Below are positions 13,601-25,520 of a DNA stretch of 64,000 bases, one piece after another. How positions within the stretch are numbered: position 1 is the first letter of the stretch; every line of letters starts with the position of its first letter. The stretch is from Asterias rubens. Lineage: Eukaryota. Both the position numbers and the translations under genes were made by a program. The notes beneath the pieces were generated by a model. That model did no database searches, was not told the origin of the DNA, and saw nothing but the letters and a program-made list of their open reading frames with translations. The stretch covers positions 2,170,001 to 2,234,000 of the forward strand of contig NC_047063.1 of NCBI RefSeq assembly GCF_902459465.1. The letters are read 5' to 3'.

Positions 13601-15395
13601 TCAGGGCACAATTCGAATGTTGCCATTGAATATCAATTATCAATTATACACCTGCTACTTCCAATGTATTTTATCGAATGAAAAACTGTCCTTACAACAA
13701 GTATCAGACCTGAAAATAAGTTAAATGGAATTGCAAGCGATGCTAACAATCCCATGCATAGCCAACGAAATATAATTTACTCCCCCCCCCCCCAAAAAAA
13801 AAACCCCAAAACAAAACAATTAAGACAAAGAAAATGGAACAAATAAACTGAACATACCCTGTTACACTTTAATAAATAAATTAAAAAGACCACCCCCCCC
13901 CCCCAGCATCAAACATAAAAAATTAAAAAATTAAAAAATTAATCATGGTTTTGTAATATTGGTACCTGTACCAACGTTAAAACATAATTAATGTTTAAGC
14001 CTATAAGTATGATCACCCTTGGTGGCCTTGCTCTACTACCGATCGATCATTCATGGTGAATTAACATCACAAATGCATGTTGGTCAGGTCATTGCAGTCA
14101 CGTCTCACCTTGAATTCACCCATATATACATGTAGACTGGAAGCCAGATAGACGAGGCAATTACGGGTAAACAGTTTACATGAAAATAGAATTTCAACTA
14201 ATGCCTAACATTGCTGGCCCACCGTCAACTTCTTTAACGGGGTCTGTCCACACATACAGGGGTCATATAAAAACAATATTATGTGAATTGTTTTTAGATG
14301 GGTGGTAAAAATAAAAAATAAAATAAACAAGTGAGAGTTTTGTCAAGCTTGTTTCCCGTGCATTCCAAATCACTTCAGGATTTTTCTTTGGAAAGAGCAA
14401 GACAAATGTTCCTTTTTTTTGTGTAATAACTGGGGATCATCTTCAAGATGATTATGTTTTACTACCATTGGCAAGTTGGATAGACATTTCATACATAAAT
14501 TGGGAGAAAGGGGTAATAATATGAACCTATTACCAACAAATGTTGTCCCTTACAATGCTGTCCCTGTGAGGAACCAGGCAAAACCAAGACAATTGTATGT
14601 TACTGAAACTATCAGATGTCACAGTAGGTATGTCCATTTTACTTATAAACAAACACTAATATTGTACTGTCTTAAAAACCTTTTGTGGTTTTTCTTTTAC
14701 AGATAACATTGAAAGGGGGCAATAGGTCTGGCTTAATTAACTTTTGGTTGAAACGATTCATTGACTATTTGAGTTCAAACAGCGTGTTACTGTTACACTA
14801 GAAAAATATGTGAGCATTCAAAGGCGAAACTGATTTCTGTGTGTAAGACCATTATTTTCTCAAAGATGTGTCAAGTGTTCTAGATGGTCAAATCTGTGTT
14901 CGTAGATTGTGTGCCATGATTTTTAAACTTGTAACAACGGGCAAATCTCACTGATGTCTGACAAAAAATGGTCCAAAATGCACACAGGCAGAGGACCAGG
15001 AGGATGTCGGGTTACGATTATCGCAACTACTTAAATGGTGGCCTAGTATAGGACTTGAACTATATGTGTCAATAGAGCTTTACATATTGAATCCGCAGAT
15101 ATTATACTTTGTCTACCTACATTATTTACTTACTTTCCAGCGTACAAGTTCAGAGTAAATACGTCCGGATCGAACTGCTTTCCCAGACGGGTAATGTTCG
15201 TATTTGTTTGTCCCGAGTCAGGGCCAATTAGCGGGCTGACACCAATGAGGGGCCATCCCTTTGGACCTGGGGGCCAGTTGTATTTCCTATTGTACGAGAT
15301 TCGTCGATAGACCATTGCGTCAAGATGAAAGTCAGTACGGTACAGAGAGTGAGAAATACTGACAATGACTGATGGAAGTCTGCCAAAACACCCAT
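10676..15395 (-). pseudogene. Cytochrome P450 clan 2 pseudogene (paralog of 18469-21603)
   Basis: Exons 15134-15395, 13047-13171, 11531-12479, 10676-10914. Motifs PPGPKGWP, ETLR, PERF and FSTG/RRTCIG present. Relative to the intact paralog: 1-nt deletion near 15318, 14-nt deletion at 12433/12434 (exon 949 vs 963 nt) and in-frame TAA at 11607-11609. Confidence 0.92.
12750..12935. repeat. Palindromic subterminal-type repeats (tgacccatttatgggtca x2 plus dispersed gggtca/tgaccc), probable DNA-transposon remnant
   Basis: 21-bp tandem tgacccatttatgggtcagtt repeated at ~12760-12805; further gggtcagcctgaccc at ~12892-12906. Confidence 0.5.
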
Positions 15396-15881
15396 TAAAC
15401 CGTCGCGACGGCGCGTCGGTCCCCAGGATACAGACTGTGCTTGCTCAACTGTGGAAACACTATTTAATATTATAAGCCTACTGGCCCCGGCGGCCTTGGT
15501 CGACCCAGGTCTGCCCCGGTACGTTCGAGTAGCTTTGACGTCATTCCAGGGGCTCACCCAGGTCAGCCCCCAGTGCTCTGCTTGTGGAGTGCCCGATGTG
15601 CATGACAACAACGAGAGGGCAAATATCCGAGTGACCACCGCGGGGTCGACCCAAGGTTCAAAGTTCAAAATGGTAGAGAATGCATTTAACATAAATATTT
15701 GCCATCATCGGAGGCTCACCATCGAATTTCTGCTTGCAAATCTACATCAAGAGTGTTGCACTAATCAAACGACCAACATTTCGAGCCTTGGGCACTAAAA
15801 TGCCCAATTTCAGTAACAATGGTGTACCTAGGATTTGAGGCATTGCATGGTGAGGTATCAATATACATTTGGTTTGCAGCA

Positions 15882-16400
15882 TTATTTCATCAGCAGCATT
15901 TGGCATACTATCCTACCACCCTCCTCCTCTAACAACCCCCAACCTACTGACACGCCTCACTACACCCGAGAGGTTTCTCACACAATGGCCAACCCTAACA
16001 ATAGCCATGAGCCCCCCAACCACACAACCAATCAGAGCATTGATTGACCTGCAGTGGATCCACTGAACCCCTATAAATAAGCCCACTCTTACCTCTTCAG
16101 TCTCCTGACGATGACTAGAGCAAGCTAGTCGAAACATTGAGACCAATTTCAGAACTGACTCCGCGGCAGTACATTTAATTACGATCCTATAAGCTAAAGT
16201 AGTAGTCCAGTCTAATTTCTATACCATCCGCCCTGGTAATAGTTAAAAAACAGGACAGTTCTTTTCAGAACTGAGAAGTCTCCCGACCCTCCGATTATCT
16301 ACTCCACGGCAGTAGAATAAAGCAAGACAGTTCCCTAAGAACAACTCTACCTGGCAAGTAGATACACACATGGTGTTACCGCAAACCAAATATATAATGG
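15882..16400 (+). mobile_element. Penelope-like element 3' end / pseudo-LTR fragment
   Basis: 15882-~16055 is nearly identical to the reverse complement of 42384-~42560 (end of the GIY-YIG ORF and its 3' flank). It continues through ctataaata and a hammerhead motif. Right boundary approximate. Confidence 0.8.
16100..16143 (+). ncRNA. Minimal type I hammerhead ribozyme (Penelope-associated), probably decayed
   Basis: Stem I gtctc(16100-04)/gagac(16139-43); core CTGACGA 16105-11; stem II gactag/ctagtc with loop agcaag; GAAA 16131-34; then CATT where the PLE-type palindromic stem III would be CGTT. Confidence 0.8.
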
Positions 16401-16964
16401 TGTACCTTTTAACATGTCTCTAATTGTCTCTAAATAATTTATAGTACAGACCCAGTCGTCAAAGCTATGCTGTGTGTTATTTCATCCTTTGAACAAGGGG
16501 ATATGATCCAATGAATTCAGTTGCAGTTTATTATTCTTTCTTTCGCACACGGTCTGCTATAGGGCGGACCCATCTCTGAGCTTCAACGACCAGCTAGTGT
16601 CCCCCGCCCCGTCTGTGATTTGAGCATTTCCTTCCTCCAAGATTTGAGTAATTGTGTGCAACTGTCCAACGGATGATGTCAAAAATAAATCATGTAATAA
16701 TACCGGTAATTATTTGGTAATTCGACACAACTATTTTATAATGAGCTGTCTAATTTATTGTGTAAATCAAATAATGAAACGCGATTTAGTTTTTGTAAAA
16801 ATAAAAAATAAAAAATGACTCACGTACCTATGATTCAAGACACTGATGTGACTCTAAAGCGTAACTCTAAGCTACCATCTAACAATAGATATACTAGAAA
16901 GGAAGTTACTATAGCCCATTTGGTCAATCTCTTCACACTACCTAAACAACCTTTTTACCATGAA

Positions 16965-17085
16965 GTAATTAACCCTGCTCAGGGGTAGGGTTGAGGGAAA
17001 TAACCTCGGGGTAAAACTCCGCGAGACGACCGTGCATATTCCCTGGGAAATCTAATAATCTAATCTAATCTAATCTAATCTAATA
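16965..17085 (+). mobile_element. Non-LTR retroelement/SINE 3' end with (TCTAA)n tail
   Basis: GC-rich segment ending ccctgggaaa followed by five to six tctaa units. Confidence 0.45.
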
Positions 17086-17808
17086 ATGATTATTATGGCA
17101 AATTTGTATTATGTAATAAAACGGCCGTATAAGCATGCAGATTGTTAATGACCCCCTGGTAGAAAATGTGGTATTTCTAATATAGTATTTCATGTTTTTT
17201 TCTAGAAATACCCCAACTAGATTTTCGTTTACAGATGTAAAGAATGATGGCAAAGACATTTGGTGAGGGGACTATTCAAAATCCAATCAATCATTGTACA
17301 TTTGCCGAGCTCAGTTGGAATGGAAGCAAGGTTTCTGACTGGGGGCCAAGTCCCCCCCCCCCCCCCTTATCTGGTCACGCCACTTCCTTCCTATTAATAC
17401 ATTTGAAAGACAGAAACCTTCACTAAGTTTTCTTGAAATAACAAAATTTTGCACAATAATAACTTAGGCCATTTGCCCGTCACAGTCGGTAACTCATCGT
17501 TACGTCTTTCATCCGGGACACAGCACTAAAGGCTCTGTTTTTTAAACACAGAAGGATATAATGTTCTGAAACAATCAAAAAATGTCAATAACAACTTAAA
17601 AACAATTCGGCTTCCACTGCATGAATCGCAAATCGTGCATATAGTTTTTATAAACTTAGAATATCGATGTGTACTTTAATATAATCTGTTATAGAGAAAT
17701 ACACCTTTAAAAATTAATGTACAAATGTTAGTAAAAATTACTTGATGTATTGGTTAAACTTAAAATAACATTCAATAATAGAGGGGGAAGGGTGACGAGC
17801 TCGTTTAA

Positions 17809-18196
17809 AGGCAGTGGACATTATTATTTTGTAATAAATTGTCAAAAACTAGCCTTCACAGTTGGTGTATCTCAACATATGCATAAAATAACAAACCTGT
17901 GAAAATTTGAGCTCAATCGGTCATCGAACTTGCGAGATAACAATGAAAGAAAAAAACTCCCTTGTCACACGAAGTTGTGTGCGTTTAGATGGTTGATTTA
18001 GAGACCTCAAGTTCTAAATCTGAGGTCTCGAAATCAAATTCATGGAAAATTACTTCTTTCTCGAAAACTATGGCACTTCAGAGGGAGCTGTTTCTCACAA
18101 TGTTTTATACCATCAACCTCTCCCCATTATCCCATCACCAAGACAGGTTTTATGCTAATAATTATTTTGAGTAATTACCAATAGTGTCCACTGCCT
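17809..18196. mobile_element. Full-length Kolobok-type MITE with TTAA TSD
   Basis: TTAA|AGGCAGTGGACA ... TGTCCACTGCCT|TTAA (perfect 12-bp TIR); related copies at 20229, 22446, 24068, 27029, 9190. Confidence 0.85.
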
Positions 18197-18468
18197 TTAA
18201 GACCAGGAAAACACAACCGCCTCCGAACCAACACTATCTTCTTAAATCATTTTTAAAACAAACAAACAAATCATTATTAGTTTTTAAGAATTTAGTAGCA
18301 CTTGGCGGAACCAGGAGTATAAAGAGCCAAACACAAACAAAGATCAGCATACAACGAAGCCATTTGTGGCATCGTTTTCATTCCCAGGATGATGTTACGT
18401 TTTTATGCTAAATCGCATCTTGCCTCAGTGAATTGAAACTGTTAATAGAGCTGCGTCACCGTCGACGT

Positions 18469-21400
18469 CTATTCTCTGAGCTCTGCTTGCAAACGATACT
18501 CAGGTGGAGACACCCACAGCCATTGAGCTTCCACTTTGGGTACTGGATCACCGTCTGGGAGCTTCAACTTGAACTTTTGCACCAGGGAGATGTAGAAGAT
18601 GAAGAACTCTTTCTGCGCCATCTGCGCGCCAAAGCACTGTCTTTGCCCTGTGTAGAAGCAAATACAATACAAGAACCATTGTTGAAATTCTCAGTAATCG
18701 TTTAGCAAACAATTTAAAACCGTTTTGCCAGCAAACTGCAATTGATATCTGGTCAAAAATCGTCCTCCAAGAACTAAATCGAAAATGCGATACTCACCAA
18801 TTGAGAATGGTATCAGGTACTCTGGCCTAGAGAGTTTTCCTTCCTTATCAATGAACCTCTCAGGCCTGAAGTTCTCAGGATCACCCCAAAGATCTTGGTC
18901 GTAGTGGACGGCATAGATGTTAGGAATGATTGTGGTATCGTTGGGAATCTTGAATCCAAGAATGTCTACGTCTTGTTGAGTGTGATGCGGAATTAAGAGC
19001 CAGAAGGGTGTGTCCATGCGAAGGACTTCTAAGATCACAGCTTCAGTGTAAGGCAGCTTGCCCCTGTCATCCAACGTGGGATCCCGGTCACAAATCACAT
19101 GTTGTATCTCCTCAAAGACTCGCTGCTGAATCTCTGGGTAGACAGCGGTGGCGAGCATCAAGAAGTTAAAGATCGATGGAGCCGTGTCTCCTTGCTCGGG
19201 GATCAGGTTAAAGAACATCCACATGAACTTCTCATCATTAAACTCACGAAGGTCACTGTTTGGGTCATTCTTGGCTAACTCGATCAGGCATTCGTCTATC
19301 ATATCCCGAGGGTGGTTGAAATCGACCGTCGCTTTATGATGGTTGATGTGGTCCATGATGAATTTTGATATTCTAACGGTCATTTCCTTGCCTCTGGTCA
19401 AAGTGGTGTTTAGGCCGAACTTGTCCAACACAGGCAAGATTGGCTCCAGGTCGTAGAGCTTAAAGATCTCAACAAACCACATCATGAAATCTAAGAGAAA
19501 CTGTCCAAACTCGTCATCATCTTCCTCATAAGTGGTATTGAAGACCATTGAGAAGGTCACATTCAACATGCAGAGAGTAAGAGGGGAGATTAAATGAAAC
19601 GGTTGACCCTTCCTCTTCTTGACCAATTCCACGAGATGATTTGCCTCACGGTGGACGATGTCTTGGGACTTGGTGATACCGTAGCCAAAATGGCGACTTG
19701 TGCGGACCATGTATTTCTTCTCTCTTCTCCACGAGGCAGAATACGTCTCAAAGAACAAACCTGGTATATTACAAAGAATAGTACAATGAATATGGCTTCA
19801 TATAAAATTTGAAAAGGGTACACGAAACAAGCAAAATCACCCCCCCCCCCCTTTTCGTGTTGTGTGTACAAATAAAGCAACCAAAATGGAAGGTAAACAT
19901 ATTAGCCCAGCCCTATACCTTCAACTTGACTTACCGAGATTTTTGTGTTTTTCGTTGACATACGTGAACGGCCAGCTGTCTGGACGTCCTGACGTGTGAG
20001 CAGCTTGTCTTAAAAAGGCATCTTTAATGGCCTTTAAGCTGTTTAGAACAACAATGCGTCTGAACAAAAAGGGGAAAATAATTAGGAAAATAAATACAAT
20101 AGTAGAGTAATATTTTTATGCCTGTGATTTTTTTTCTTCCACAGAACTCGGGAAGTATATACAGTGCTAACACACATGGGTAATAAAACCAAAATGCATC
20201 CCCGTGTATATCTGATCCATCTCTTTAAAGGCACTTTAACGTCTGGGAATTATTTTATTGTCAAGACCAGTATTCTCACTTGGTGTATCTCAACATTAAA
20301 TGCATAAAATGACAAACAAATTGCCCATCGAAGTTGCGAGAGAATAATGAAAGAAAAAACTCTTTTGTTGCACCCTGAAGTTTTTTTGAATGAGAAATTA
20401 CCTCCTTCTCAAAACTACGTAACTTCAGAGGGAGCCGTTTCATACAATGTTTGGTACTATCAACAGCAGCTCCATTGTTCGTTACCAAGTAAGTTTTATG
20501 CTAACAATTATTTTGAGTAATAGTGTCCAGTGCATTTAAGTTCTTCTTTTTGCCCCAATTCGCTTTGATGAAAATAACTCAGATGAGCTGAATGTAGAAG
20601 TGGACTCTAGCCCTCTTAAAAATAGACTAGTGAGGGAACCATGCATCGGGTTTACTTTGCTTATTAGGGGGAGTGACACTGTGACACCACACAGACAAAT
20701 ACCAAAACTGAATGCCTACACTTATAACGTGTTCATATTTAACTGTGATTTTTGATATTTCACTTTATTTAGTAATCTATGGCAGTTGTTTTCAGTGTTA
20801 AAATTATGCTGTTAGTGTTTTCTCAATAAAATACTCTTGGGAGAACAAAGTAAGAATTGCGTGCTAAAACCCAGCCGAAAACAGGAGGGACTGGTCTTGT
20901 TATCCCTTTGCTGCTCAAATCAAGCAAAAGGGGAGGGTTAAATTTGCTTTTCAATACTTGAAACTTTAACATGACAAAATGTGCGATATAATGTAATACA
21001 TAAATCGAGTTTATCCTTTTTTCGAAATGTTAGCATAGAAATTTAGATTGATTCGTAATGTCTATAACATATTTTTCACGTTAGGAGGAAATGTGAAAAC
21101 AAAAAATGTGCTGCTGTAAAATCCTGTTTCGGATAGCAATTTTTGGACTATAGGCCTAATGACAATTATTTAAACTGTAAATTTTTTTTTTTTTTAAATC
21201 CATTTAAAATGTGAACCTGTTCCTAACTTATTTATTTAACCTCAAAGTTCTAGAGGCAGGCCATTCCTAGCTAATAACGATGCCCTGCGTGTACAAAAAT
21301 TTTACATTTTCCGGAATTAAATTGCACTTACTTGCCAGCAAACGTCGGGAGGGTGAACAAGTCAGGATGGTATTGTTTTCCAATCTTGGTGATATTGGCG

Positions 21401-21603
21401 GTTGTTTGTCCCGAGTTGATTGCTATCATCTGACTACAACCAATGAGGGGCCATCCTTTCGGTCCAGGTGGCCAGCTGTATTTCCTATTGTATGAGATTC
21501 GTCGGTAAATCAGTGCCGTCAAGAGGAATGTAATAACGGTACACAGGACTAGAAAAGTGTCCAATTCCGACAAGAAATACACGACTTTCTCTACGATCGC
21601 CAT
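18469..21603 (-). CDS. Cytochrome P450, clan 2 (CYP2/CYP1-like), apparently intact, 512 aa
   Basis: Exons 21332-21603 (membrane anchor + PPGPKGWP), 19935-20059, 18798-19760 (EVLR, PERF, PFSIG), 18469-18647 (QRQCFG heme Cys). 272+125+963+179=1539 nt, open frame, all GT-AG. Confidence 0.95.
20229..20535. mobile_element. Kolobok-type MITE in CYP intron 1
   Basis: ttaa|aggcact...tagtgtccagtgcat|ttaa; internal match to 17809 family. Confidence 0.75.
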
Positions 21604-22445
21604 TGGGACTACTTACTGCACACATCGACAAAAATGCTTGACGCTACCTAGCCGTCTGTATTAATATTTTAGTTAGTTCCCTTGGCCCAGCGATACCGCC
21701 ATGCACTTTGGACCGCCTTGATTTTGTTCGATTATGAGTCAATCATGAATACCCTCTTCATCACGCGTATAGCCTTGTCCCGCTGTTATACTAGCCTTCA
21801 CCCCTGCAGGCTCTTTACACTCTACACCACGTACATAACCTAGATGCAACAAGACAATGTTTGTGTACAAAGTCTTCATGGAGAGGTTTTAAAGTCACCT
21901 GGAAGTGGTATTTTTTTTAAATAAAGCTTTTGTCACTAAAATATGTGTTTTTATGAGAGGAATGTGAATAAAAAGTTAACTAAGCATGGACAAGAGAAAG
22001 AACACAGAACACTCAATCCGGTTCAGTTTTGAGAGTGTTTAAAGCCCGTTTTAGGATTTATATAAAAATATGTAAGATGTTAACACGAGGCCCTTATCAC
22101 AGTTCATATACAGTTCATTAATGATACCACAAATGTGGATTTAAAATTGTGTTCCGCATAATATGGCCTGTGTGTTTGTATGTGTTTAATGTTCCAGGGT
22201 TCTTGAATTTCCCCAGGGAAGCTGTATCGATCAGGTGATTCAAAACAACCAATCAGATTAAATAGCTTGGGGCAGAATTTTCCTTTAATTGAGTTTTTTT
22301 TTGTCATTCACACCTAGGTACCTTGCAAAGATATTTGAATGACTGTGAAAAAGTTTGTATTTGAACTTTGATTATTGGACATAGATGTACATGCCAAGGT
22401 GCTGTCATGCAAGGAATACACTAATGCTTGTATAAGACTCCTACT

Positions 22446-22639
22446 AGTTAGAAGTCTTTTATTTCTATCTGAAAGCACACAAATTCGTACAACAAAGTTT
22501 TTTTTTCTTTCATCATTTTCTCGCAACTTCGATGACCAACTGAGCCCAAATGTTCACAGGCTTGTTATTTTATGCTTATGATGGGATACACCAAGTGAGA
22601 ACACTGGTCTTTGACAATTACCAAACGTGTACAGTGCCT
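22446..22639. mobile_element. Kolobok-type MITE, partial, inverted relative to 17809 copy
   Basis: Ends gtgtacagtgcct|ttaa; reverse complement matches ttggtgtatc..cataaaataacaa..ctgtgaa of the family. Confidence 0.7.
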
Positions 22640-23597
22640 TTAAACAGCTTCCTTACAACAGACCCATTCACAAAACACAGGATTTTGTATTTCATCTCTT
22701 TCATTTTGTTTGTTTGTGTGAAAATTACTATAAGAACTCGAAACTAAATGTTCAACTTGAGAAATATTTGTTGTTTCAAATTGGACAATATCGATATTGT
22801 ATTAAGACAATTTAAATTCAAGTCTACCCCAGATACAGTATGAAATAAACCAAAGTCAGTCTTTAATTGGTGTAATTGGTCTCATTTCAACCTAGTCCTA
22901 GATGTTCACTTTCTCTTTCTCTCTCTAGAAGGAAATGATGACCCATGTGAGTCTCTTGGTACCAGTTACCACTGAAAATCTACACCGTTTCCCTTTTCAA
23001 ATGACCCAGTTTTGTTGTAATTTACACCAACATACAAGAACTTGACTTTTAAAGGGGGTGGTTGGCTTGTACTGGTATGTGGGGGGTGGAGCGCAGTAAA
23101 TCATATACACTAACTTATCTTTCCTGTCAATATTCGCACGCAATCACAAAATAAATCAGATGTGTTTTAAATTATAGCAACATTACATGAACTTGCATGT
23201 GGTAATAAGAGTGGTGTATCTTTCAGGTGGAGGGTGTGTTTGGTCCTGTTATTGTCTGCACCCAAAAGGTCAGCCACTTTGAACGTGACTTTCACTATTG
23301 GCTTTCCCTGCCAGGGTTCTTGTCTTTTATTTTGCTTCTAGCATTTTGTGTACCACCCCACTGGAGGTTGTTTCCTACAGTACATGCATCTGCCCGCGGC
23401 CAGGCTAGGTCAGGTTTCTCAGTACTTTCCTTAGTGTTTCTACATATTTGAATTGCTTGTTCTTGTAAATCTTTGATGTGCAATCTTTTGAAAGTGATTT
23501 TTCATGTTTGCTGGCAAATTAACTTTTGGGAACAAATGAGGGTTGACTGGTTGCCCCCCCCCCCCATTGTGATTTCAGTTGATTTCCTCTCCCTTAA

Positions 23598-23958
23598 AGC
23601 CATTATACACTTTCGGTACAGACAAAAAAAAGTTCACAGATTTACAAATAATTTACAGGGTTTACAGAAGGTAATGGTGAAAGATTCTTTTGAAATATTG
23701 TTCCATGAAATGCTTTACTTTTTGAGAAAACATTAAAAGAATATCAATTCTCGATAGCGAGAATTACAGATTTTTTTAAAACACATGTCATGACACGGCG
23801 AAATGCGCGGAAACAAGAATGGGTTTTCCCGTTATTTTCTCCCGACTCCGATGACCAATTGAGCCTAAGTTTTCACAGGTTTGTTATTTTATATATAAGT
23901 TGTGATACACGAAGTGTGGGGCTTGAACAATACTGTTTACCGAAAGTGTATAATGGCT
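23598..23958. mobile_element. Kolobok-type MITE (family of 3976-4333)
   Basis: TTAA|AGCCATTATACACTTTCGG ... CCGAAAGTGTATAATGGCT|TTAA, perfect 19-bp TIR. Confidence 0.85.
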
Positions 23959-24067
23959 TTAAAGACACTAGACACTTGTTATTCCCAGTATGGAGAAGTC
24001 TCCTCACTTGCCCTGTATAAAAATGCAACTGATTTGTTTCCAATTTTCAAAAATAAAACCAAATTAA

Positions 24068-24451
24068 AGACAGTGGACACTAATGGTAATTGTCAAAGAC
24101 CAGTCTTCTCACTTGGTGTATCTAAACATATGCATAAAATAACAAACCTGTAAAAATTTGAGCTTGATTGGTCGTGGGAGTTGCGAGATAACTATGAAAG
24201 AAAAAAAACCTCTTGTCACCCTGAAATTGTGTGCTTTCAGATGCTTGATTTCGAGACTTCAAATTCTAAACTTGAGGTCTTGAAATCAAATTCGTGGACA
24301 AGTACTTCTTTTTCGAAAACTAGGTCACCTCAGAGGGAGCCGTTTCTCACAATGCCTATACCAGCAACCTCTGATCTCCCCATTACTCATTGCCGAGTGA
24401 GGTTTTATGCTAATAATTGTTTTGAGTAATTACCAATAGTGTCCACTGCGT
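24068..24451. mobile_element. Kolobok-type MITE (family of 17809-18196)
   Basis: TTAA|AGACAGTGGACAC ... GTGTCCACTGCGT|TTAA. Confidence 0.85.
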
Positions 24452-25365
24452 TTAAATGTCTCCACAATCTGATTTGTTTATTATCAGCTGATTTGCTTTC
24501 CTTTCCATAGAGACAGACTTGCCTTGTAAGAAAAATTGTCACAGACCATAATTTTAACATCATTCACAGGGCGCTCGTCCAAAACCGCTTGTGGCGAACC
24601 CTGCATCAGGAGGATGGAGGGTAACGATTATTGCACTACAATACTTAAGTACTAGCAGCTCTTGATCACAGTATTAGCAACTAATGTGTTATGACTGATG
24701 GAATGATCAAGCACACATAGGCTAATCATCTATATTAACTACATGTACTTGTACCTAGTTAAATTTTTAGGGTCTGCCACTTTAGCCTTGGGGCAGGCCC
24801 AAATTTTTCCGCCCAGATTTCTTAAATCCAATTCACAAAAACAAAGGTTGATTATATGTTGTATAGTACTTGTAAAATGTTCGAATATTGATGTACGGGC
24901 CCAAATATACTACCTGAAATTTTGGAACAGAGAGAGGTGTAATGTAGTAGAAGTGTTTGATTGACAGTTGAACGCTGGCACTCGTATCCAGGTTAGCGCA
25001 GGGGGGGGGGGGGGGGGGGGAGAGCAACAAGCAAGCAGAATAATATGAACTTTGCCTGTTATTTCTGCAAAGAGGAAACTGTTATTTCTGTTTCTCTGTA
25101 AATTTGATCCTTGTTGAAGAAAACAACTCGCTTTCGATTCGTAATAATATTAAAGGGATCACTGATGGTCCCATTATTGACTCATTTTTCTACTATGCAT
25201 AGTGCCCTTTTAAGTCTTAATCGGAAATTTGGCAGTTCCATGGTTAAAAAAGTAGCATTTATTCATAAGAAAATACTCAAAATCATACATGGTTGGATCG
25301 GTTGATAAACTTTTGAGATATTTTAACAGGGTTTTTCAAAGGTACAATACATGTAGGGTGATATA

Positions 25366-25520
25366 GGAAGTGTCGTGGCCAAGCGGTTAAGAGCACCAAA
25401 TTCAAACTCTAGTGTTTCTGATCAGCAGAGTGTGGGTTTCAATCCCCAGCCGTGACACTTGTGTCCTTAAGCAAGACACTTAACCATTGCTTCGTCCTTC
25501 GTATGGGTTGTAAAGCCGTT
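25366..25520 (+). mobile_element. tRNA-derived SINE
   Basis: Pol III A box TGGCCAAGCGG (25376-86), B box GGTTTCAATCC (25435-45), then core gtgtccttaagcaagacacttaacc. Confidence 0.8.

Larger units (their letters stand above)
23330..25258 (+). repeat. Segmental duplicate, copy 2, carrying extra MITE insertions
   Basis: Matches 1910-2862 except for an ~0.9 kb insert (about 23594-24480) absent from copy 1. Confidence 0.95.

Noticed and set aside
22934-22976. C/D-box snoRNA-like ATGATGA...CTGA
   Set aside because: Boxes only ~40 nt apart, no terminal stem or recognisable guide.
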